From Antedon mediterranea (taxonomy: Eukaryota > Animalia > Echinodermata), in assembly GCF_964355755.1 (NCBI RefSeq), contig NC_092673.1:25045648-25109647 (forward strand): a stretch of DNA of 64,000 nt, read 5' to 3'. The position numbers and the translations under genes are program-made. Each line of letters starts with the position of its first letter. Within the stretch, counting starts at the first letter, position 1. The notes under the pieces were generated by a model. The model was not told the origin of the DNA, searched no databases, and saw nothing but the letters and a program-made list of their open reading frames with translations. This document shows, in pieces, positions 56,501 through 64,000 of the stretch.

Positions 56501-57377
56501 ATACCACCACCACTACTACCATCGCCATATCCACCACCACCACCACTATCACATTCACCACCACCAATACCACATCCACCATATTCACCACCACCACTAC
56601 CAAATCCACCACCACCACTACCACATTCACCACCACCACTACCACCACTATCATGTCCACCACCGCCATCGATTTAGAAGACGACGTCGTCGAAGTACAT
56701 ACTGTGGTCTCAGCTTAAGTGAAAAAGAACAAAGACTGGCAGATTCCCTTCCTCAGAACATAATTAAACCTGAAGGAACTGACAAAGTATTAGCTTGTTG
56801 TAGACATCACAAAGTGCATTGCAGACGATACCACCACCGCCATCATTATCACCACCACCACCACCACTATCACATTCACCACCACCACTACTACATCCAT
56901 CACCACCTCCAACACCACCACATTCACCACCACTACCACCACCACTATCATGTCCACCGTCGCCATCGATTTAGAAGACGGCGTCGTCGAAGTACATACT
57001 ATGGTCTCAGCTTAAGTGAAAAAGAACAAAGATTGACAGATTCCCTTCCTCAGAACATAATTAAATCTGAAGGAGCTGACAAAGTATTAGCTTGTTGTAT
57101 ATGTGGAAGAATACGTAGAATACGAAGACGACATAGAAGACGAAAAGCACGCCGTCAACGTAGAAGACGAAGACGACACTGTCAACATAGAAGACAAGTA
57201 TATTGGAGACACAACCATTACTACCTTCGAGTACTATGTGGTGGACACGCTCATTATGTTAGCATAAACTCCAGGAGGCGTGGTGGTAGATTGTATTATT
57301 ATTATGGTGGAAGATGGAGAATCTTTACCCGCTACAGAAGAAACGGAATATGGATAACTTGCCCAAGATCGGGTTAA
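53598..57377 (+). CDS. Gene E: secreted 1259-aa poly-His modular protein (10 His modules)
   Basis: Close paralogue of D; eleven KVLACC spacers; intact ORF; same C-terminal domain ending ITCPRSG. Confidence 0.9.
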   Translation: MFWLRLALTAILVVSALSRETVENDRERVKENVNSVSHPENYLESKSDNQHVIRLSEKQRPMVVSFSQNIIKSVLHRNRFRVRHRRSTYYGLSLSEKEQRVADSLTQNIIKSEGADKVLACCRRHRYHLHYYHHHIHHHHYHIHHHHVHHHHYHIHRHHHIHHHHYHYHHYRVHHRHRFRRRRRRSTYCGLSLSEKKRRLADSLPQNIIKSEGADKVLACCRRHRYYHHHHHHIYHHHHYHIHHHHYHIHHHHHHYHIHHHHYHIHHHHYHHHHYHVHHRRRFSRWRRRSTYYGLSLSEKDQRLADSKTIKSEGADKVLACCRRHRVHCRRYHHRHHYHHHHHHYYIHHHHYYIHHHIYHHYHIHHHYHHRYHVFHRHRFSRRRRRSTYYGLSLGEKEQRLADSLPQNIIKSERADKVLACCRRHRYHHHHYHHHIHHHHHHYHIHHHHHNYKIHYHHIHNHYYHIHHHHNHIHHHYHHHYHVHRHRFRRRRRRSTYCGLSLSEKEQRLAYSLPQNIIKSEGADKVLACCRRHRYHHHHYHHHIHHHHHHYHIHHHHYHIHHHHHHQHHHHYHIHHHHYHIHHHYHHRYHVLHRHRFSRRRRRSTYYGLSLGEKEQRLADSLPQNIIKSEGADKVLACCRRHRNHHYHYHHHIHHHHHHHHHHYHIHHHHHHNYHIHYHHIHNHHYHIHHHHYYIHHHYHDHRHRFRRRRRRSTYCGLSLSEKEQRLAYSLPQNIIKSEGADKVLACCRRHRYHHHHYHHHIHHHHHHYHIHHHHYHIHHHHHHHHHYHIHHHHYHIHHHYHHRYHVLHRHRFSRRRRRSTYCGLSFGEKEQRLADSLPQNIIKSEGADKVLACCRRHRNHHHHYHHHIHHHHHHHHHHHYHIYHHHHNYHIHYHHIHNHHYHIHHHHYYIHHHYHDHRHRFRRRRRRSTYCGLSLNEKEQRLAYSLPQNIIKSEGADKVLACCRRHRYHHHYYHRHIHHHHHYHIHHHQYHIHHIHHHHYQIHHHHYHIHHHHYHHYHVHHRHRFRRRRRRSTYCGLSLSEKEQRLADSLPQNIIKPEGTDKVLACCRHHKVHCRRYHHRHHYHHHHHHYHIHHHHYYIHHHLQHHHIHHHYHHHYHVHRRHRFRRRRRRSTYYGLSLSEKEQRLTDSLPQNIIKSEGADKVLACCICGRIRRIRRRHRRRKARRQRRRRRRHCQHRRQVYWRHNHYYLRVLCGGHAHYVSINSRRRGGRLYYYYGGRWRIFTRYRRNGIWITCPRSG

Positions 57378-59619
57378 ACTGCAAGATGATAGGTTTTACC
57401 TTTGAATCTTATTTTAATTTAAAACTACGGATATAAATAAAATGTGCATTGAGTAAAATTACTGATATAACATTAGAAAGAAATCTTTCTGTCATACAAA
57501 ACATTGACTAATAAATTTAAATACGAATATTATCACAAATCTTTTGTCATTGTTTTAACTCGTTCGTAGTTTAACCATGCCCCCATCACCTATTTTCTTA
57601 AGTTTTGTTGTGTGACCAGTTTTATCCTTATGCTCATGTTTACTATACCGTATAAGAACATTCATTCGCAAAATAGTAATGATCCAAGATAAATGGAATG
57701 CTAGTAAACAAATTATTCGTCATCAATTGCCTAACCTCAGGAATATCTGTAACTTTTTGGATTCAAAATCAATACACAGTACATTAGATTTTAACTCGCA
57801 ACAGTTAGGACACAGTGAAATGCATTGTCGATCGAATTCAAGATACTGACTGACAAGTTTTTTCTATCGTTTTCTCTACTCTCGACCATTATGCTTGAAC
57901 GAAAGCATTTAAAGTATTTAATAAATCAACTGAAGCTAGAATGTTTTTTTATGATGACTGTCGACTAGTATTTACTAGTAATAAAGTTAAAATTATTTAG
58001 GCATGCTACACACCGGACACCCTCACCTCAAGGACAAATAACCATCTACTGTTAAAAAACCAAACTATTCATTGTGGTAACCATGTTATTTTATCTATTA
58101 CTGATAATACCTTGTTTTTGTACAAAAAAAAATTCTCACGACCGACTGTGAACAACCCCACGTAAATCAACAGCGCCGCCTGTTGTTTTCGCGACCACTT
58201 TAGCATACATGAATAATAACATTCGAAATCGCACTCGATCGTCGACGGAACTAACATTTTTGGAGAATAAATGTACTAATTTAGACCAAAAACAAAAAAG
58301 CACTTAAATTAGCTTTAAATTGTTTGTAGTATTTTGATTAATTATTTGGAACAACTCTACAAGACGTAGACTCGTTGGAAGAAATAGAATTGGCCAAGAT
58401 CAGTTTCAGTTTCCTGGCGTTTCTAGCCTAGGAAAACCAAAATAGTTTTTTTGTCATGGTTTTATGGTTGTAACCCAATGAATGCATTGTAAAAATGTGG
58501 TGAACGGTTTAAAAAAATATATATAGACCCATGAAACGAATGTTTTGAATGCTAAACACCAAACGGCACTCATTCGTCTGTCCACATGAATTGTCATTAG
58601 ATTAAGTTTAAATTAGTTGTTACTTATTACTATTTAAGTGAACCAGTCGTCACTTTGTAATGTAGTATGCTAATAGTATAATAATATGAACTTCAGCTAA
58701 GTGAACAATATATTTACTAACTAACAGTACGGCTATTCCTGAGTAATTGACAAGTTTTGTATTAGGAATTCGAAACCTCAAATTAGATCAATTGCATAAC
58801 GTCAAGAGCTAGGTCGTAAAGAAGCTTTTAAGCAAATAATGTTACAGCAATATCCATCTTTTAAGAAATAATTAATCAAACCCTCAAAAAGCACCAATCA
58901 TAACAGAAACTATCGCAAAAAAGTACAGGTAATAAGATTCGCCGCCTAATGTGTTTAGTTGTAACTTTTTTTCCCTCTAACATGTCGTACAGCAGTAGTC
59001 ACCAAACGGCGCTCGTGTGTCTGTCACGATGAATGCCAAGATGGACCAGTACACAGGGGTAACCCCCTACTCTTTCCTTTCGAAAGGACTCCAGAGCGGT
59101 GTACTCTTGACCAGTATTGATTTATGCGACATTATGTTTTATTGTCTTCTAAAATGTTGTAATAATCAAAAATAAATTATTAACATTATGTTTTCATTGA
59201 TATTTAGAAACATAAACAATGACTAATTTGCAGAAGAACATTAAAATACAATCGATACGGTGTCCTATAACTATAAGTTCATGGTAATATTGTCTTAGAC
59301 GATCATTGTTGTTACCGTAAATCAACATAACTTAATTATGTTAGTTATTAATATACCCAAAGTTTTGCCTATCTAATAACACGATGTGAATACACAGATA
59401 TATATAAACAAGAAATATTTCTTACAAAAAACGCCGCTCGACATTTTAAAATTGTTCTTTCTTCAGATATATTAAATGATTATTAACAAGATGTCCTTTA
59501 ATCGCAAAAATACATACAAATCAAAGATAGTTCTTTATTTATGAATCACATAATGCCCATTTTTCACTAGTTAATTGTATACTATAAATACAAAATTTTT
59601 AATAATTTATTGAAAATAT

Positions 59620-60296
59620 TTATTTATTTTTATTTATTTATCCAAGATCCAACAGTGTAAAGAAAAACACCAAAACAGGATCGCCATAAAATATACATTA
59701 GATTTACATAAATAAGAACAAGGAACAAACAAATTTATATATTATTAAAATTACATTAAAAGCAGAAGTATTACAACTAAAAATATCGATGTAAAGAAAC
59801 ATTTGAACTAAATTATTGTATGAATGAGCAACCCGACAAAAAATACAGTTTTTACATACATTAATACGAGAAAACTGCACTTTTAAAAGATTATTAATAC
59901 GGAGTTTACACACAAGGACAGGAAATGAAATTGAGAGACAAATTTACAATCAAACTTTGAATTTAAGCATTAAAAAGAAAAATCATGTCGGTTCGTGTGC
60001 GTCTAGTACTTGGCAAGAATTTACTGGTGTGAACCGGCTGCTGGGCCGAGGAACTTGATAAATTTAGTATGAATCCGATCGATTCTTGTGGCATGAATTT
60101 GGGATATTGAGTTGTAGATAACAGAACAGAAGTCCAAGGACGGAGTAATTAATGAGGTATAAAGGGCAAATTTAGCCGGAGGTGAAAGATATTTGCACTG
60201 TCTCCACATCAGCCCGAGCAGCCGGTTCGCTTTTTTAGCGATAGTATCCACGTGAGTAGAAAAAGTTAATTGTGGGTTAATCACAAAAATACACAA
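59620..60296 (-). mobile_element. 3' fragment of a CR1/L2/Jockey-type LINE
   Basis: LTFSTHVDTIAKKANRLLGLMWR..LYTSLITPSLDFCSVIY resembles the post-RT region of these clades; (AATA)n-like tail near 59620. Confidence 0.75.
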
Positions 60297-60893
60297 AATC
60301 TAACAGCTATTTAATTATAAATCACATCATTCCCATTTTGGTAGGTGTTAGTAATCTGGTTGCATTTCATTAAATGATTGATATTTCTGCTAATTGTCAA
60401 CAGCATTTGAAAGAAGACATGTGTACCTTCCAACAATGTTTTATTTGCCACCAAATATCAATCTACTAATTAAAAAATGGCATTTAAAATGTGTGTGTGA
60501 CCTCAACCTGTAGGCATGCAACTGAATACCCTCTAGAGACAACGTGACTTCACGGCGGTACAAGTGAGAAAATTCTTACGCAGTCTGTTGATTCGCGTCA
60601 ACCAATAAAGGGCGAGAATCCAAAATCGTTTAACCGTGAGCCCTCATAGACTCATAAACTCTCCTTTCCCAGACGTTTTTTCCAGCAGCTAGGACCTATA
60701 AATTATAGTCGAGTTTACAAATTCCCAAAACTGTTCGGCCTTAGAACTATAGCTACCGCGATGATAACGCTTCTTAATGAGTATGTCCTCTTAGGACATA
60801 GCTGGCTAAAGCCGCGGCGCGAAAATCTTACCGACGGTAAAATAATCGATTATTTTATGATTTCAATGCGTATGATGTTAAACATTTCTACAA

Positions 60894-61138
60894 CATATGG
60901 CGAAAGTAAACACTCTGGTTGTTTTCGACCTTTTTCAACATTATAATGTTTATATGTATGGAATGTTTAATAAACAAAACAAAATGATAATACTTCAATA
61001 GCAGGTTCAAGTTTTAAGACCACCCGTATAATAAAAAAAAATCGTATGAAGCAAGCTATATAAACGGCAAAAACATATTGCCACTTAATTAGTTTTTGGT
61101 CGTCAAAATTATTCTTAGCAGAGCGACAGTATATCAAG
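60894..61138 (+). promoter_or_regulatory. Gene F promoter and non-coding exon 1
   Basis: CATATG 60894, TAAACAC ~60907, TATATAAA 61057-61064, AAG|GTAAGA at 61139; intron to TTACAG 62498. Confidence 0.72.
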
Positions 61139-62502
61139 GTAAGAAAAAATAATCTGTTTTTATATCTCGTCATTAGTTCTAATCGACGCTAAAAGTTCTA
61201 TTTTTATTGATTTTATTACATGGCACTTTCAAAACCCGTAAACCTGTGGTGTGGGACGTCTATAACTTTTCAATTCTCCGCGGCCAAAATATGAGCGGTA
61301 ATTTTTTTAATGACCGAGCCCTTGGCATTAATCAAATATAAAAAAAAAATGAATAAATGTTTTCAAATCAGGAAAAAAAAAAACATTCCAAAATACCGTT
61401 ATATAATACAAACAGAATGGTCACACTACGGTATGCAATTTGGTGTCACTTAAATATGTGTTAAAATTATAATTATTATTATTTCTTCGAGAAGTTTTTA
61501 AATTCACAGTATATGGCGGATATGGCAACTCTGATAATTCGATACTATTCCGTGGTAATAGACTCATTGCAGCTAGTAATCATTATATTATTTTAACGAG
61601 ACGAGCTCAAGTTTAATATTGAATATCGAAACGTGGCAGGCTATAGGCGCTTGCTTGACCTTTGACAGGATCGCCTAAAATTTATAATTTAAAACTACGA
61701 TACTTACTGTATATTCATGAATAGCCGCTTCATAGTCTCTTTGCTTTTCTTCCTTATATCTTATTCTTATTAACTCAAAATTATTTATACTAAGAAACAT
61801 TACTATTTATATGCCTAGTGTGTAAACATTATTGACATAATTTCATTAAACATCCACATAAAGTACAACTCTTCTTAACAATTTTTTTTTCAATCTTCTA
61901 TCAACTAAAAGTCGTAGTTAGTCATGTCTCGGGTCACATTCTATGGTCACCGTACATATAGGCTACTACTTCAGTACTTCTATGAATGGATGACAATAGT
62001 TGGTGACAAGAACGCTAGTTGGTCATACTCAGTACCGTTTTGATTTTACGATCATTCGGGAAATCGCCTCAAAACGGGGAAAAGCAATAGATTTGAAAAG
62101 AATAGAAAATGCTGCAATCCTTTCGAAGTTAACTTCGACACAACTCTATGACGTAGACATTTAGTTGACTAATCACCACTAGCTACATCTCAGGTGGTAC
62201 AATGAATCGCACAATAAATTCTAAACCGCCCGGTGAAATACTGATATATGTATAATTATATAAATCCAAAGGCAAATTACTGAAAAAATGTCAGTGGCTG
62301 GATCTCAACAGAGATAAAAAAAAAAAAAGCAAAAAGCTAAATCAAAACGATAAAGTAAAACAGCCCTTCATATATATATATATAATATATATATATATAT
62401 ATAATATATATGATAAAAAATACTGTCCTTTTTAGACACAATATCAATAGAGAACTACGGTACAATTCGTTCAATACAATTTGTAAATTTCTTTACAGAA
62501 CT

Positions 62503-64000
62503 ATGTCTTGGCTTGGGCTTACCATGTTCGCTATTTTAGCTGTGTCAGCCGTAAGAGGCAGAGCAGTGAAGAGTAAATCCGAAAGTAGACCTGATATCAG
62601 CTTGAGTGAAAAAGAACATCCACTGGTTAATTTCCCTCCTCGGCAAATAATTGATTCTGAAGCCGAAAGCAGCTTGAGTGAAAAAGAACAGCCATTAGCT
62701 GATTTCCCTCCTCGGGAAATAATTGATTCTGAAGCCGAAAGCAGCTTGAGTGAAAAAGAACATCCACTGGTTAATTTCCCTCCTCGGCAAATAATTGATT
62801 CTGAAGCCGAAAGCAGCTTGAGTGAAAAAGAACAGCCATTAGCTGATTTCCCTCCTCGGGAAATAATTGATTCTGAAGCAGCCGAAAGCAGCTTGAGTGA
62901 AAAAGAACGGCCATTAGCTGATTTCCCTCCTCGGGAAATAATTGATTCTGAAGCCGAAAGCAGCTTGAGTGAAAAAGAACATCCACTGGTTAATTTCCCT
63001 CCTCGGCAAATAATTGATTCTGAAGCCGAAAGCAGCTTGAGTGAAAAAGAACAGCCATTAGCTGATTTCCCTCCTCGGGAAATAATTGATTCTGAAGCCG
63101 AAAGCAGCTTGAGTGAAAAAGAAAAGCCACTAGGTGATTTCCCTCCTCAGGAAATAATTGATTCTGAAGCTGAAAGCAGCTTGAGTGAAAACGAAGAGCC
63201 ATTAGCTGATTTCCCTCCTCAGGAAATAATTGATTCTGAAGCAGCCGAAAGCAGCTTGAGTGAAAAAGAACGGCCATTAGCTGATTTCCCTCCTCGGGAA
63301 ATAATTGATTCTGAAGCCGAAAGCAGCTTGAGTGAAAATGAAAAGCCACTAGCTGATTTCCCTCCTCGGGAAATAATTGATTCTCAAGCCGAAAGCAGCT
63401 TGAGTGAAAAAGAACAGTCACTAGCTGATTTCCCTCCTCGAGAAATAATTGATTCTGAAGCCGAAAGCAGCTTGAGTGAAAATGAAAAGCCACTAGCTGA
63501 TTTCCCTCCTCGGGAAATAATTAATTCTGAAGCCGAAAGCAGCTTGAGTGAAAAAGAACGGCCATTAGCTGATTTCCCTCCTCGGGAAATAATTGATTCT
63601 GAAGCCGAAAGCAGCTTTAGTGAAAAAGAACAACCATTAGCTGATTTCCCTCCTCGGGAAATAATTGATTCTGAAGCCGAAAGCAGCTTGAGTGAAAAAG
63701 AACAACCATTAGCTGATTTCCCTCCTCGGGAAATAATTGATTCTGAAGCCGAAAGCAGCTTGAGTGAAAAAGAACAGCCACTAACTGATTTCCCTCCTCA
63801 GGAAATAATTGATTCTGAAGCAGCCGAAAGCAGCTTGAGTGAAAAAGAACGGCCATTAGCTGATTTCCCTCCTCGAGAAATAATTGATTCTGAAGCCGAA
63901 AGCAGCTTGAGTGAAAATGAAAAGCCACTAGCTGATTTCCCTCCTCGGGAAATAATTGATTCTGAAGCCGAAAGCAGCTTGAGTGAAAAAGAACAGTCAC
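62503..64000 (+). CDS. Gene F (3'-partial): secreted protein with ~19 acidic 24-aa repeats
   Basis: Manual translation MSWLGLTMFAILAVSAVRGRAVKSKSESRPDI(SLSEKEQPLADFPPREIIDSEAES)n; 72/75-bp units; no stop seen before the window end, and the ORF track omits it. Confidence 0.88.
   Translation, partial: MSWLGLTMFAILAVSAVRGRAVKSKSESRPDISLSEKEHPLVNFPPRQIIDSEAESSLSEKEQPLADFPPREIIDSEAESSLSEKEHPLVNFPPRQIIDSEAESSLSEKEQPLADFPPREIIDSEAAESSLSEKERPLADFPPREIIDSEAESSLSEKEHPLVNFPPRQIIDSEAESSLSEKEQPLADFPPREIIDSEAESSLSEKEKPLGDFPPQEIIDSEAESSLSENEEPLADFPPQEIIDSEAAESSLSEKERPLADFPPREIIDSEAESSLSENEKPLADFPPREIIDSQAESSLSEKEQSLADFPPREIIDSEAESSLSENEKPLADFPPREIINSEAESSLSEKERPLADFPPREIIDSEAESSFSEKEQPLADFPPREIIDSEAESSLSEKEQPLADFPPREIIDSEAESSLSEKEQPLTDFPPQEIIDSEAAESSLSEKERPLADFPPREIIDSEAESSLSENEKPLADFPPREIIDSEAESSLSEKEQS

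Larger units (their letters stand above)
24518..57377 (+). repeat. Tandem segmental duplication: unit 1 ~24518-42078, unit 2 ~42079-57377 (core ~10 kb plus private insertions)
   Basis: Colinear near-identical intergenic blocks, e.g. ORF-track twins 25592/42957, 35060/49862, 36446/51064; a more diverged partial third 3' flank runs to ~58480. Confidence 0.92.

Noticed and set aside
39620-56669. Poly-Val and Gly-rich minus-strand ORFs
   Set aside because: Reverse complement of CAC/CAT His tracts.
62771-64000. Minus-strand FHSSCFRLQNQLFPEEGN ORFs
   Set aside because: Antisense shadow of gene F, interrupted by stops; the + frame has ATG, signal peptide and family homology.
62599-64000. CRISPR-like or non-coding satellite reading of the 72-, 136- and 195-bp arrays
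   Set aside because: Eukaryotic context, no unique spacers, no cas genes; the 72- and 195-bp units keep the reading frame.
62599-64000. FAM20C phosphorylation of the F repeat
   Set aside because: Serines fit S-x-x-E rather than the S-x-E consensus; not supportable from sequence.

Overview
AT-rich eukaryotic (animal, probably marine invertebrate; taxon not determinable here) genomic window. The left end holds the first four coding exons of a minus-strand GATD3/ES1-family gene. The rest is a tandem cluster of six + strand paralogues (A-F) of a secreted repeat-protein family I do not recognise. Except for C, each has a TATATAAA promoter, a short non-coding exon 1 and a 5'-UTR intron; one exon carries the whole CDS, starting with a signal peptide. 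The family uses three modules: an acidic spacer (SLSEKEQ..IIxSE), a CC-initiated Arg- or His-rich tract, and a 65-aa Arg/Tyr/Trp beta-hairpin-like domain. Each paralogue amplifies a different part. A has ~22 copies of the 65-aa domain, B an 18-aa poly-Arg repeat, D and E 8 and 10 spacer+poly-His modules, and F (absent from the ORF track, runs off the window) ~19 copies of the acidic spacer alone. C is a chimeric, frameshifted, transposon-interrupted pseudogene. The intergenic DNA holds a ~10 kb tandem duplication whose copies give empty/filled sites for a 7.2 kb palindromic element and for a Tx1/L1-type LINE nested in an older LINE tail, plus MITEs, SINEs and a tRNA-Ala relic. All functional statements are inference; no searches were run.
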